Shown here one piece after another: positions 17,018 through 29,613 of a stretch of DNA of 64,000 nt (position 1 is its first letter; every line of letters starts with the position of its first letter). Location: positions 672,001 through 736,000 of the forward strand of contig CAVZQC010000004.1 of NCBI GenBank assembly GCA_963777315.1. The letters are read 5' to 3'. Source of the DNA: Vulcanimicrobiota bacterium (GTDB lineage Bacteria; Vulcanimicrobiota; Vulcanimicrobiia; Vulcanimicrobiales; Vulcanimicrobiaceae). The position numbers were made by a program, and so were the translations under genes. The notes beneath the pieces were generated by a model. The model had not been told where the DNA came from and searched no databases. It saw nothing but the letters and a program-made list of their open reading frames with translations.

Positions 17018-17773
17018 TCAAGTGGGGTTCTTTACGAACTCCAGTGCGTGCAATCCCGCTTTCGGGCGGCGGCCTAAGTGGTGATTCACCAACGTCTCGA
17101 TTGCTTCGCGCACCACGGGCGTCGCGCGCATCGCCGGCGTCTTGGACGAACCGGGTGCGGCCGCGAGCGCCTGCAGGTTGGCTACGTCGGCGCAATCGAG
17201 CGCCAGAACAGCGCGCCACGATTCGCGGCACTCTTCGCCTGCGAATCCGCCTTGTTCTGCGTCCAGCCACGCGCAACGCTGCGTCAACGAAGCGCCGCAG
17301 CGCACGCAGGTTTCCACCGGGGGCGCCAAGCCCAGCGCCTCGAGCAGCCGCAGCGAGAAGCGCGGCAGCAATCCGAGCGGATCGCCGCTCTTGCCGACGG
17401 CGCGCAATGCGCCGGTGAGCAGCGCGTACACGTCGGGCAGCGGCAGATCCGGTTCGCAAAACGTAGCGATCTGTTCGGCGATCACGTTGGCGGCTGCAAA
17501 ACGTTCGGGCTGCACGACGTTCTGCCAATGCGCCTCACGGATGTCCGCGGAAACGACGACGTCCAACGTGCGCCCTGAATGCATGCATAGCTGCACTTCG
17601 TTGGCAAATTCCAGCCGTCCGGCCAAAGCGCTCCTGGTTCGGCGCACGCCTTTTGCGATTGCATCGATTTTTCCGCGTTCGGTCGTAAACAGCGTCAGGA
17701 TGCGATCCGCCTCGCCGTACGTGCGCCCGCGCAATACGACGGCATCGGTTTTATACGCGCGTGCCGAGGTCAC
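17018..17773 (-). CDS. recO: DNA repair protein RecO
   Basis: AVVLR...YGEADRILTLFT.ERGKI..IAKG; CVRCG zinc finger; GTG overlaps the cdd stop. Confidence 0.93.
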   Translation of the reverse strand: MTSARAYKTDAVVLRGRTYGEADRILTLFTTERGKIDAIAKGVRRTRSALAGRLEFANEVQLCMHSGRTLDVVVSADIREAHWQNVVQPERFAAANVIAEQIATFCEPDLPLPDVYALLTGALRAVGKSGDPLGLLPRFSLRLLEALGLAPPVETCVRCGASLTQRCAWLDAEQGGFAGEECRESWRAVLALDCADVANLQALAAAPGSSKTPAMRATPVVREAIETLVNHHLGRRPKAGLHALEFVKNPT

Positions 17774-18177
17774 GTAGCGTCTTGCAGCGAGTCCGGCCCG
17801 AACGAAGCGGGCAGCAGCGCATCGAGCGTGGTCACCTGCATCCCCTCCGCGGTAGTATACGCCACGACCATTCCCGCGCCGAACTCGGTGAGAAACTGGC
17901 GGCAAGCTCCGCACGGCGCGGTGAGCGCGTGGCTCGGGCCCGCCACGGCGATTGCGCGAAATTTGCGATGTCCGGCGACCACCGCGGCCGCCGCCGCATT
18001 TCGCTCGGCACAGATCGTCAAGCCGTAACTGGCGTTCTCCACGTTGGCTGCGCCGAAGGTTTCGCCCGATTCCGTGATGAGCGCGGCGCCGACACCGTAA
18101 CGCGAGTAGGGCGCGTACGCGTGCTCGCGGTAGCCGCGCGCCAGCGCCATCGCGCGCTCGATTTCCTCAGACGGCAT
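17770..18177 (-). CDS. cdd: Cytidine deaminase
   Basis: AYAPYS, NVENASYGLTICAER, PCGACRQ. Confidence 0.96.
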   Translation of the reverse strand: MPSEEIERAMALARGYREHAYAPYSRYGVGAALITESGETFGAANVENASYGLTICAERNAAAAAVVAGHRKFRAIAVAGPSHALTAPCGACRQFLTEFGAGMVVAYTTAEGMQVTTLDALLPASFGPDSLQDAT

Positions 18178-19495
18178 CTTCGTTTTCTTCCGGAGTGCCT
18201 TCGCCGATGCGGCCGTTGGTGAAAATGCGTACGGCCACGATGCGCCGCCCGCGCATGCGTTCGACCTTCAGGCGCGTGTGATCCGTCGCCTCGGCCTCTT
18301 CACCTTCGCTGGGAAGCCGTCCGAACAGCCCGAACGTAAAGCCCCCGATTGTTTCGAATTCTTCGTGCGGCAGGCGCGTACCGAGCTTGGAGTTCACGTC
18401 TTCGATGTTGACCCCCGCGTCGACGACCGCTTCATGCTGGTCCACGATGCGCAGCGGTTCTTCTTCGCCCTCGTCGTGCTCGTCGCGAATTTCGCCGACG
18501 ATCTCCTCGAGCAAATCCTCGGTCGTCACCAGGCCGGCAGTGCCGCCGTACTCATCGACGACGATCGCCATCGTGAATTTGTCACGCTGCATTTCGCGAA
18601 GCAATTCGGCAATCTTTTTGTTTTCTGGAACGTGCTCCACCGGACGCATGAGCGATCCCAGCGGAGTGGAGCTCAGCGTGCCGTTCGCCAGCGCGATAAG
18701 CAGCTCGCGATCGTGCACGGCTCCCACGATGTCGTCCTTGGATTCCTGGTAGACCGGCAGCTTCGAGTACCCTTCGGCGATGACCATGTCCAGCGCACGC
18801 CGAGGGGAGTCGTCGATCGATACCGCCACCATATTGGGACGCGGCGTCATGACCTCGCGAACGATCGTGTCGCCGAACTCGATGACGGAATGAATCATCT
18901 CGCGCTCTTGCTCTTCGAGCACTTTTTGTTCGGCCCCGACGTTGACCAGCGCGCGGATATCTTCTTCGGTGACGAAGATTTGATGCGCGCGGCTGATGCC
19001 CAAGGGCCGCAGCATCAGGTTGGTCAGCCATTGGAAAAAGTACACCAGCGGCGTGAGCAGCATGGCAACGCGGCGCATCGACGGCGCCAGGCGCAGCGCC
19101 CAGCGCTCGTTATCCGAAACGGCGACCGTTTTTGGGACGATTTCGCCGAAGAGCAGAAAGACGAACGCCATGAGCAGCGTTGAGATCACCGCGGCGTGCG
19201 GCACGCCCGCGTGAATGAGAAAGTAGGTGGCCAGCGAGTCCGCGATCAGCAGCACGATCGTATTGCCGATCAGTATCGAGGTGAGAAACCGGTTCCGATC
19301 CTCGGTCAAGCGCAAAACGGCGCGCGCGCGTTTGACGCCGCGCTCGACCATGGAAAGGGCGCGCAATCTGGACACGCCGACGAGCGCCGCCTCCGACGCA
19401 GCAAAGAAAGCCGCGAGCAGCAGGAGCACCACGATGGCGGCGATCTCGTACCACGGAATGGCGTGGATGCCCGGCTGACTACTTAGAGGTTCCAA
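18167..19495 (-). CDS. CNNM/HlyC-CorC family transporter (DUF21-CBS-CorC)
   Basis: AFFAASE, FGEIVPK, VREVMTPR, VVDEYGGTAGLVT.EDLLEEIVGEI.DE. Confidence 0.93.
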   Translation of the reverse strand: MEPLSSQPGIHAIPWYEIAAIVVLLLLAAFFAASEAALVGVSRLRALSMVERGVKRARAVLRLTEDRNRFLTSILIGNTIVLLIADSLATYFLIHAGVPHAAVISTLLMAFVFLLFGEIVPKTVAVSDNERWALRLAPSMRRVAMLLTPLVYFFQWLTNLMLRPLGISRAHQIFVTEEDIRALVNVGAEQKVLEEQEREMIHSVIEFGDTIVREVMTPRPNMVAVSIDDSPRRALDMVIAEGYSKLPVYQESKDDIVGAVHDRELLIALANGTLSSTPLGSLMRPVEHVPENKKIAELLREMQRDKFTMAIVVDEYGGTAGLVTTEDLLEEIVGEIRDEHDEGEEEPLRIVDQHEAVVDAGVNIEDVNSKLGTRLPHEEFETIGGFTFGLFGRLPSEGEEAEATDHTRLKVERMRGRRIVAVRIFTNGRIGEGTPEENEDAV

Positions 19496-19507
19496 TGACG
19501 CGAGCCA

Positions 19508-20287
19508 TTATAGCATAAGGTGCGGCCGGACCAGGGCAAAGACGGCAAGCGCCACCAAGGTACCCAAAATCGCCCCCCACAGCGCTTCGAACGTGCTGTG
19601 GATGCGGGCCTCCACCCGGCTCTGGGCGACCAAGAAAGCGACGAAGTAGGCCAGCACCGCTGCCAGCGGCTGCTGATAGACCAGCGCCAGGCCCGTCGCG
19701 GCGGCAAATGCGAGCGCCGAATGCCCCGATACGGCGCCCCCCTGCAGCGGAGAACCCCGGCCGGTCCAGGCTTTGGCAAAAAGCGTGCCGATGGCCGTAA
19801 TGGCCAACGCGATGAGCGCGACGTTGGCCGGCACCTGCGCCACTGCGTCGTAGACGCGGGCGCCGCCCTGCTGGATACCCTGATAAAAGGCCAGATAGCC
19901 GACGATGGCCGCCCCGATAGCCGCTACGAGCACCGCGCCCGCTGCCGCGTCCTTCGCCGTCTTGGCCAAAGGATGGTGCGCGACGGTGAGCAGGTCCACC
20001 ACCGCTTCGATCGCCGTGTTCATCAGTTCGAGCGCGAGCACGATGACGATTACGATGACGATCGCGATGACGTACACGCGGCTCAAGCGCAGGGGCAGCG
20101 TCATCGCCAGCACCAGCGCGGCGATAACCAAATGCACGCGCATATTGGGCTGGGTGCGAACGCAGTACATGATGCCCTGGAACGCGTAGTGAAACGCGCT
20201 CCAGAACTTCGTTTCGGTGATGCGGACGTACCGCGGGCGGACGCGCCGGATCAGGGGGCGGTTTTCGCGCGACCTGGGATCATGCAT
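19508..20287 (-). CDS. dgkA: Diacylglycerol/undecaprenol kinase fused to a PAP2-like domain
   Basis: AF.YAFQGI, ELMNTAIEAVVD, AKDAAAGAV; C-terminal SGHSALAF and QSRVE..IH. Confidence 0.9.
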   Translation of the reverse strand: MHDPRSRENRPLIRRVRPRYVRITETKFWSAFHYAFQGIMYCVRTQPNMRVHLVIAALVLAMTLPLRLSRVYVIAIVIVIVIVLALELMNTAIEAVVDLLTVAHHPLAKTAKDAAAGAVLVAAIGAAIVGYLAFYQGIQQGGARVYDAVAQVPANVALIALAITAIGTLFAKAWTGRGSPLQGGAVSGHSALAFAAATGLALVYQQPLAAVLAYFVAFLVAQSRVEARIHSTFEALWGAILGTLVALAVFALVRPHLML

Positions 20288-20741
20288 CGCGTTCGTACGG
20301 CCACGGCATACCCAGCGCCGCCGCCAGACGGCGTTCCTGCGTCTGCATTCTCGCACGCTCCCCGGTCCGCTGATGGTCGTGACCCAGCACGTGCAAAATA
20401 CCGTGAATCAGCAACCGGTTGACTTCGTTCTGCAGCGGCGCGTCATATTCCGCGGCCTGGCGTGCAGCGGTTTGCACGCTGATGACGACGTCGCCCAGCA
20501 TGCGTTCGGGCCCCGAGGGCTCCAGCCGTGCAGGCGGCGACATCGGAAAACTCAGCACGTCGGTGGCGGCGTTTTTTCCGCGATGCTCGCCGTTGAGTTC
20601 GCACATTCGCGCATCGCCGACCAGCAGCACCGACAGCGTGGCACCGTCCAGCTCGAGGACGCGCAGCAATTTGCGGGCGTCGCGTCTAAGCCGTCCCATG
20701 TCGACGCCCGTCCCGGCAATCTCGCTGCGCAGCTCGATCAC
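20280..20741 (-). CDS. ybeY: rRNA maturation endoribonuclease YbeY
   Basis: TDVLSFP, LGDVVIS, HGILHVLGHDH. Confidence 0.95.
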   Translation of the reverse strand: MIELRSEIAGTGVDMGRLRRDARKLLRVLELDGATLSVLLVGDARMCELNGEHRGKNAATDVLSFPMSPPARLEPSGPERMLGDVVISVQTAARQAAEYDAPLQNEVNRLLIHGILHVLGHDHQRTGERARMQTQERRLAAALGMPWPYERDA

Positions 20742-21694
20742 GGCATCGAAACGTCGGCTGCATATGCGCGAATGATCTTCGAGACTAGCGGATGACGGAC
20801 CACGTCGGTTTCATCCATCTCCACGATTCCGATGCCGGAAATACCGGCGAAGCGACGGGGGACTTCCAACAAACCGCTTCGCGCGCCTCCGAGCAGATCG
20901 ATCTGCGTTATATCGCCGTTGACGATCATCTTCGAACCCGCGCCCAAGCGCGTAAGAAACATCTTGAGTTGGTCGCGCGTCGCGTTCTGCGCTTCGTCCA
21001 GGATAACGAACGCCTCCGAGAGCGTGCGTCCGCGCATATACGCCAGCGGTGCCACCTCGATGATGCCGCGCTCCAGGTGCCGTTCGACGACCGAATCTTC
21101 GAGCAGTTCACCGAGCGAATCGTACAGCGGACGAAGATACGGATCGACCTTTTCGCGCAAATCGCCCGGAAGAAAGCCGAGCTTCTCGCCGGCTTCGACC
21201 GCCGGCCGGGACAGAATGACGCGAGCCACCTCGCGCGCACGCAGTGCGCGCACCGCCATGACGACCGCCAGAAACGTTTTGCCCGTTCCGGCCGGCCCGA
21301 TGCCGAACGTGAGCGTGTTGGTTCCGATCGATTCAACGAACGAACGCTGACCGGCTGTTTTGGGGCGGATCTCGCGTCCGCGCGACGATCGGTACAACGT
21401 TTCCGGCAGCGCGTCGTGTGAAAGGCCGCGCGCGACGTCGGAGGCGGCCAGCGCAACGTCGTCCGGCGTCACCTGGACGCCTTGAACCGCCGCGTGCAGT
21501 ATGCGGCCGACAACGTCGTATGCGCGATCCACTGCAGGCTTTTCACCGTGCACGAGCAGCCGGTTACCGTCCACCCGCAATGAAACCGAAAGTGCGTCTT
21601 CAAGCGCAGAGAGGTTCTGATCGAACTTTCCGAACAGCCGGAAGTGATCGTTCAGCGAGCTGAGGTCGACGGTTCGTTCGGTTGCTGAATCCAG
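20738..21694 (-). CDS. phoH: PhoH-family ATPase
   Basis: GPAGTGKT, RPAVEAGEKLGFLPG, AYMRGRT, DEAQN; conserved LFGKFDQNL lies upstream of 21580, with a GGAG RBS 8 nt before CTG at 21694. Confidence 0.93.
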   Translation of the reverse strand: MDSATERTVDLSSLNDHFRLFGKFDQNLSALEDALSVSLRVDGNRLLVHGEKPAVDRAYDVVGRILHAAVQGVQVTPDDVALAASDVARGLSHDALPETLYRSSRGREIRPKTAGQRSFVESIGTNTLTFGIGPAGTGKTFLAVVMAVRALRAREVARVILSRPAVEAGEKLGFLPGDLREKVDPYLRPLYDSLGELLEDSVVERHLERGIIEVAPLAYMRGRTLSEAFVILDEAQNATRDQLKMFLTRLGAGSKMIVNGDITQIDLLGGARSGLLEVPRRFAGISGIGIVEMDETDVVRHPLVSKIIRAYAADVSMP

Positions 21695-21828
21695 AAGTGG
21701 TTCTCCGCGCGCAGCTCGACCTCGGGGCGAAGCGCAATCGGCGGTGCTAAGACTTCAGCGGCGACGATCGCCCGCATCAGCGCATCGCCCTCTTGGAACA
21801 GCGTCTGCAGCGGCAAGCGCAGCGGCAT
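21652..21828 (-). CDS. 58-aa microprotein with YqfB-like C-terminal motif
   Basis: Below the ORF-track cut-off. ATG 3 nt after the floA stop: MPLRLPLQTLFQEGDALMRAIVAAEVLAPPIALRPEVELRAENHFWIQQPNEPSTSAR. Confidence 0.65.
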   Translation of the reverse strand: MPLRLPLQTLFQEGDALMRAIVAAEVLAPPIALRPEVELRAENHFWIQQPNEPSTSAR

Positions 21829-21831
21829 CGC

Positions 21832-22842
21832 TTACTTTGCGGCCGGCGGAGGCAATGGGCTCGCGCCGTTATCCGTGGCCGTGGCGACGCTGCTCGAGAT
21901 AGCGCCCCGCATGTCGGAATCCGCCTGGATGTTCTTCATCTTGTAGTAGTCCATGATGCCCAGATTTCCGCTGCGGAATGCTTGCGCGATGGCCTGCGGG
22001 ACCGAAGCCTCGGCTTCGACCACCTTGGCGCGCATGCGCTGCGTCTCGGCTTTCATTTCCTGCTCGGAAGCCATGGCCGCATACTGGCGCTCCGACGCCT
22101 TGGCCTGCGCGATGCGCCGGTCGGCTTCGGCTTGCGACATCTGCAGTTCTGCGCCGATATTCTTGCCCACGTCAACGTCGGCGATGTCGATCGAGACGAT
22201 TTCGAACGCCGTTCCGGCATCCAAACCTTTGGCCAGCACCGTCTTGCTGATCCGGTCGGGATACTCCAGCACCTCTTTGTGATCGATGGCCGCGCCCACC
22301 GCCGATACGACGCCCTCGCCGACTCGCGCAACGATCGTGGGTTCTCCTGCGCCGCCGACGTAACGATCCAGGTTGCTGCGCACGGTGATTCGGGCTTTGA
22401 CGTTGAGCTGAATGCCGTTTTGGGCAACGCCTTGGAAGATCGGCGTCTCGATCACCTTGGGATTCACCGACGTTTGCAGGGCTTCGAGCACGTTGCGCCC
22501 GGCGAGATCGATCGCCGATGCCCGCTGCCATTCCAACGGTATCTGGGCGCGTTGCGCGGCGATCATCGCCAGCACGACGTTTTCGACGTTGCCGCCCGCG
22601 AGATAATGCGATTGCATTTGGTCCACGGTCAGCTGAAGGCCGGCTTTGCGGGCGCGAACGAGATTGTTGACGATGATGCTGGGCGCGATGCGGATGATGC
22701 GCATGCGGATGAGCGAGCCGATGGAAAGCGGAACGCCCGCCGCGACGGTTTGCAGCCACAGTCCGATCGGAAAATAATACAGGAACGTAAAAAAGAGAAT
22801 GATTACGACAACGAAAAGGACCGACGCGCCGACTGTAACCAC
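21832..22842 (-). CDS. floA: Flotillin-like protein FloA (YqfA)
   Basis: [69 protein letters not shown] before GTG 22842. Confidence 0.95.
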   Translation of the reverse strand: MVTVGASVLFVVVIILFFTFLYYFPIGLWLQTVAAGVPLSIGSLIRMRIIRIAPSIIVNNLVRARKAGLQLTVDQMQSHYLAGGNVENVVLAMIAAQRAQIPLEWQRASAIDLAGRNVLEALQTSVNPKVIETPIFQGVAQNGIQLNVKARITVRSNLDRYVGGAGEPTIVARVGEGVVSAVGAAIDHKEVLEYPDRISKTVLAKGLDAGTAFEIVSIDIADVDVGKNIGAELQMSQAEADRRIAQAKASERQYAAMASEQEMKAETQRMRAKVVEAEASVPQAIAQAFRSGNLGIMDYYKMKNIQADSDMRGAISSSVATATDNGASPLPPPAAK

Positions 22843-22846
22843 GCTG

Positions 22847-23515
22847 TTACTCCTTGTAGCTCGGGAGCGCCACGGGCTCCACGAAGACTCGCGCGCCCTC
22901 AACGCGGGTGACGCGCACCGGGGTCCCCTCGGGAATGAACTCGCCTTGCGTAAGCACGTCGACGCGCATGCCGTCGATGAGCGCAACGCCGGCCGGGCGC
23001 AAGTACGTTCCGGCAACGCCGCTTTTGCCTCGCAACGCCGAATAGTCCGCGCTCGTTACGTAATCGGCACCTTGCGCGCCCGCGAACGTGAGCTTGGCGA
23101 TCCAGGCGTTTTCGGGCAGCATTCGCGTGGCCAGGTAGAACAGAATGACGGTCAGCACGATGGCGGTAGCAACGGTTTGCAGCGCGACGAAAAATGCAGC
23201 CGCGCCGGGCGGCCCGAACGCCAAAACCAGCGATGCGAGCAGCGCGACCGCACCCAAGACGCCGGGCACTCCGTGACCTGGAACCACGTGCAATTCGTAC
23301 AGGATGCCCGCCAGCCCGATCACCGCAAGCACGATCACCAAACCGCTCGTCGCGCCGACCATGATGTGCGCGCCGAAAAACAGCGCCAGCGCCGCTAGTG
23401 CAATCAGCCCGGCAACGCCGTGCAACGTCTGCATCTCCAACAGCAAACCCAGCAAGCCGACCGTAAGCAGTAGGCCGCTCGCGAGCGGGGTCGTGACCAG
23501 GTGCAGGAAATCCAT
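22847..23515 (-). CDS. nfeD: NfeD-family protein (membrane plus OB domain)
   Basis: Several TM helices then G.A.TYLRPAG...DG.RVDV...GEFI..G..V.V..VEG. Confidence 0.88.
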   Translation of the reverse strand: MDFLHLVTTPLASGLLLTVGLLGLLLEMQTLHGVAGLIALAALALFFGAHIMVGATSGLVIVLAVIGLAGILYELHVVPGHGVPGVLGAVALLASLVLAFGPPGAAAFFVALQTVATAIVLTVILFYLATRMLPENAWIAKLTFAGAQGADYVTSADYSALRGKSGVAGTYLRPAGVALIDGMRVDVLTQGEFIPEGTPVRVTRVEGARVFVEPVALPSYKE

Positions 23516-23555
23516 GAATCGAGCTACCGGCTCGCTTCGGTAAAGTTACGGCTGC

Positions 23556-23999
23556 TTACTGCAGCTCGTCCGATACGATTTGCCGGACCAGGTTGCCGTC
23601 GGCGAGCCCCTTGAGCTGCGGCATGACGACCTTCATGACGGCGCCTTGGTTGCGGGTTCCCTGGGGCAGCTCGGCGACGATCGCCTTGACCAGCGCGCGA
23701 ACTTCTTCGGGCGTTTTCTGCACGGGCAAATATGCGAGCAAAATGTCGCGCTCGCGGCCTTCTTTCTGCGCCAAATCTTGCCGGCCGGCTTTTTCGAACT
23801 CGGCGTGCGCATCGTTGCGCTGCTTGACTTGCTTGCGCACCACGTCGATCTCGTCCGCGTCGCTCAGCTCGGCCCCGGCCTCGGTTCGTTTGTAGGTGAA
23901 ACCGGAAAGCGCCGACCGCAGCGCGTCCAGGCGAATTTGATCGCGCGCGCGCATTGCGTCTTTGAGATCGGCGGCGACGCGGTCTTTGAGCGATCCCAC
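23556..23999 (-). CDS. yqeY: GatB/YqeY domain protein
   Basis: DLKDAMRARD, KQVKQR, GRQDLA.KE, YLP, G.ADG. Confidence 0.92.
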   Translation of the reverse strand: MGSLKDRVAADLKDAMRARDQIRLDALRSALSGFTYKRTEAGAELSDADEIDVVRKQVKQRNDAHAEFEKAGRQDLAQKEGRERDILLAYLPVQKTPEEVRALVKAIVAELPQGTRNQGAVMKVVMPQLKGLADGNLVRQIVSDELQ

Positions 24000-24011
24000 C
24001 AGCAGGCCCCT

Positions 24012-24182
24012 CTAGGCGCGGCGCTTGCGAGCCGCTGCCGATTTCTTCTTTCGGCGCACGCTGGGCTTTTCGTAGTGCTCGTGCTTGCGCGCCTCGGCCA
24101 AAACGCCCGCCTTCTGGGTGGCCTTCTTGAAACGACGCAGCGCGCTCTCGATGGACTCACCCGGAGCAACGCGAACTTCCAT
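24012..24182 (-). CDS. rpsU: 30S ribosomal protein S21
   Basis: [12 protein letters not shown]...[36 protein letters not shown]. Confidence 0.97.
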   Translation of the reverse strand: MEVRVAPGESIESALRRFKKATQKAGVLAEARKHEHYEKPSVRRKKKSAAARKRRA

Positions 24183-24253
24183 TCCTTTCAACCCTCCCTT
24201 CGTGCGTTCGGCGCACCAAAATTGCGGGGTTCTCAAGCGAACCTCGATTGCTG

Positions 24254-24282
24254 AAGATACCACACCGCGCGAGGCCGCGCAA
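24254..24282 (-). promoter_or_regulatory. Sigma70-type promoter of the rpsU operon
   Basis: TTGCGC, 17-nt spacer ending TGG, TATCTT. Confidence 0.55.
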
Positions 24283-24299
24283 GCAAGCACAACGGCTTC

Positions 24300-24653
24300 T
24301 CACCCCGGCGGCCAGTTCATGCGCCTTCCCCCCAAGACGTGCACGTGCAGATGGCCCACGGTCTGGCCGCCGTCCGCGCCTGTATTGATCACGGTTCGAA
24401 AACCGTCGGGCGCTCGCTGTGCACCCAGTCGCGCAGCCGCGGCGAACAGATTTGCGACGACGTGCGCAGGCTGCGATTGCACGAACTCGGTGAGATCGGC
24501 AACGTGTTCGACGGGCATTACGAGCGCGTGCTCAGGCGCCTGCGGGCTCACGTCGTCGACGATCGCAACGTCACCCTGCCGAAGTACCGTCGCCCCGGGA
24601 ACTTCACCGGCGATAATCTTGCAGAAAACGCAGTCCGACGAATTCACGCTCAC
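24300..24653 (-). CDS. HIT-family nucleotide hydrolase (HinT-like)
   Basis: DCVFCKII.GEVP, GGQTVGHLHVHVLGGR.M.WPPG. Confidence 0.93.
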   Translation of the reverse strand: MSVNSSDCVFCKIIAGEVPGATVLRQGDVAIVDDVSPQAPEHALVMPVEHVADLTEFVQSQPAHVVANLFAAAARLGAQRAPDGFRTVINTGADGGQTVGHLHVHVLGGRRMNWPPG

Positions 24654-26173
24654 CTCTTGATGAAGAACGTCCACGACCTGCTGGCGACGTTGCCGGCTGC
24701 GTCGGAAACGCTTACCGTAACGCGCATCGCTCCGTCGGGATAATCGATGCCGGGGGTATAGTGAATGAAGCGCGCAGTGCGCATCGAGCTCGACGTTACG
24801 TCGTGGCCGTTCACGACGAGCCGTTCGCTCGATGGGTTGACCGCGACGGTGGCGCTGGAAAACGTCGCGTAAATGCTCGGACGCGAATTGTTGACCGTTG
24901 CGCCGTTGTCCGGCGCAAAATCGATTACGCCGGGGGCCTCGGTGGCCGCCGAAACCGTCGTAGGCGCCTCCGCCGGCGGAGCGTCCGTGCCGCGAACGTT
25001 GAGCTTTCCAAAAACCGGCGCGTCGGCAAAATTGACCCCGCGCGGAATGACGTACGACCCGGTATACACCCCGGGCGCACTTTCCGTCAGGGGGAGGTTG
25101 CGCACGTAGGGGCCGATGTCGTACAGCGCTACGCCGCCGGGCGTTCCGCGCAAAGTAATTGCAAGGGTATCGCCCTGACGCAGCGGGCGCGACGGAGACG
25201 CCGAAAGCTCGGTTATGACCACGCCGGTTGCGGGCGCGGGCGAGCCCAGCGATTTGCGCGTGGCGATGATCTCGCGCGGTTCGGAGCTGTCGATGTTGTA
25301 GCGCACCATCACTTCATCGCCGACGGCAATGTCCGCAATACCTGCGGGCGCCCCGTTGAGCGTGATCGTCGTCGAGCGCGACGGCGCAATGACCTGACCG
25401 TCGCTAAGCACAAGCTGGCCGTCCCCTATGCCGGCAACGCTTCCGTTTCTCGAGCCGTAGGCGTCGACGATTTGCTTGATCTGGCCGCCCCGGTCCAAAT
25501 GCACCTGCGCGAAATCCCCAGCGTGCACGTCTTCCAAACTGCCCGCGTTGCTGGTGCCCGTGTTGACGTCTTGCACCATGACGCTCGCGTCCGTACGTAT
25601 CGGGATGGTGCGCACCGACCCGTCGTACGTCAGCGTCAGCGTCGTGGGGTCGGAGGCAAGGTCGACTGCCGTGACGGTTCCTCGTTCCTGCACGCCGCCG
25701 CCGGCGGTGACGATGCCGTTGCCCGTGCGTCCCATCAGCGTCGAAATGATTTCGACGCTGTTGGTCTGCCGGTTGTAGACCGCTTGCGCGTCGAGCGCCC
25801 GCGTAAAAAAGCGCAGCGGCGCGTACAGGACGTTCTTGATCTCGACCGGCGCAGCGTCCAGCTCGACCGGCTCGTTGTCGACCGTTGCGTGCGTGCTTCC
25901 GATCGCCAGTTCGATCGTTTTTGCGCCTGCGGAGGTTCGAACGTAGCGTCCTTCTTTGTCGAACGCCAGGCCCAGCGAACCGAGGATGCGGCGCACGGGA
26001 ACCAGCAAGTGATTTTTGTAAAAGACCGGCGCAGGATTTACCGCCAACTTCGTTCCGTTGAGCACCAGCGCGATCGGCAGCACGCGCTTGCCGACGGGCG
26101 GCTTTGCGGGCTTGTGCGCGACCCCCATGATCAGCGCAGCGCATGCAACTGCAGCACCGACTCTGCGGATCAC
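24650..26173 (-). CDS. Secreted protein with copper-amine-oxidase N-terminal (stalk) domain and beta-rich C-terminal domains
   Basis: Signal-like N-terminus; LLVPVR.I...LG and LDAAPV....LYAPLRF...AL.A. Confidence 0.8.
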   Translation of the reverse strand: MIRRVGAAVACAALIMGVAHKPAKPPVGKRVLPIALVLNGTKLAVNPAPVFYKNHLLVPVRRILGSLGLAFDKEGRYVRTSAGAKTIELAIGSTHATVDNEPVELDAAPVEIKNVLYAPLRFFTRALDAQAVYNRQTNSVEIISTLMGRTGNGIVTAGGGVQERGTVTAVDLASDPTTLTLTYDGSVRTIPIRTDASVMVQDVNTGTSNAGSLEDVHAGDFAQVHLDRGGQIKQIVDAYGSRNGSVAGIGDGQLVLSDGQVIAPSRSTTITLNGAPAGIADIAVGDEVMVRYNIDSSEPREIIATRKSLGSPAPATGVVITELSASPSRPLRQGDTLAITLRGTPGGVALYDIGPYVRNLPLTESAPGVYTGSYVIPRGVNFADAPVFGKLNVRGTDAPPAEAPTTVSAATEAPGVIDFAPDNGATVNNSRPSIYATFSSATVAVNPSSERLVVNGHDVTSSSMRTARFIHYTPGIDYPDGAMRVTVSVSDAAGNVASRSWTFFIKR

Positions 26174-27179
26174 TCTGCGGTTTCCTCCAATATTTCACGG
26201 TAGACGGCGGCAGTTTGCGCGGCGCACCGGTCCCAAGTGAAGGCCCGCGCCCGCGCTTGCCCCTCATTGACGAGCGCGCGGCGAAGCCCTTCGTCGCCCA
26301 ACAGCCGCTCCAACGCTGCTTTCGCGTCGCGCGCGCTTCGCGCGGGAAACGTCAGCGCCGCACCGCGCAACACCTGCGGGATCGCATCCTCGCAAGCAAT
26401 CACCGGACAGCCCGATGCCATCGCCTCGAGCATGGGCAGTCCGAAGCCTTCGCAGAGCGCGGGATGAACGAGAGCGCGCGCGCCGGCGTAGTACGAGGGC
26501 ATGCGGGTTTGCGGCACGGCCCCCAATGCGACGATTCGTCCTACCGGGCGCACGTAGCGCGCGAGCAAGTCGCCGAAGTCGTCCACTCCGGTAACGTACA
26601 GATCGAGGGCAATGTCGCTGCTCACCGCCGCCCAAGCTTGGAACAGCGTCGGCAAGTCTTTGTGCGGCCGGTGATTGCCCGCATACAGAATGTACGGGCG
26701 GGCCGCTGCGTACGCCTGAACGCGGTGAAAGTATTCGTCGTCCGCCCCCAACGCGATCACCCGCACGCGCGCCGGATCGACTCCCAAGTAATAGCGAAGA
26801 TCTTTGACGGTCCGTTCGTCGTCGGTGATGACGCGCGCCGCCCGCCTGCATGCGAAGCGCACGGCCGTGCGGTAATAGGGGCCGACTTTGGTCTTGAAGT
26901 ACTGCGGGAATCGCAAGTGGATGAGATCGTGGATCGTGACCGCGTACGGGCGGGGCGCGGCAAGGGGCATGTACACGGACATGAAATGCGCGAGCGCGCA
27001 TTTGCGCATCGCCAGAGGAAGAGCGAACTGCTCGCTCCACCCGAAGTTTCCGCCGGCGCGGAACACGGCGAACTGCAAGTCCGGCGCGACTAGCGGCAGA
27101 CGGCGCGACAGTTCGCGAGCGTAGGCTTTCATTCCGACCGACATCTGCCTGGTCTCGCGCGCGTCCAGCGCGACCGTGT

Positions 27180-27183
<4 letters not shown>
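26170..27183 (-). CDS. GT4-family glycosyltransferase
   Basis: VTIHDLI, EGFGLPMLEAMASGCPVI, FTWD; GTG 27183 overlaps the upstream stop. Confidence 0.92.
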
Positions 27184-29613
<2,430 letters not shown>

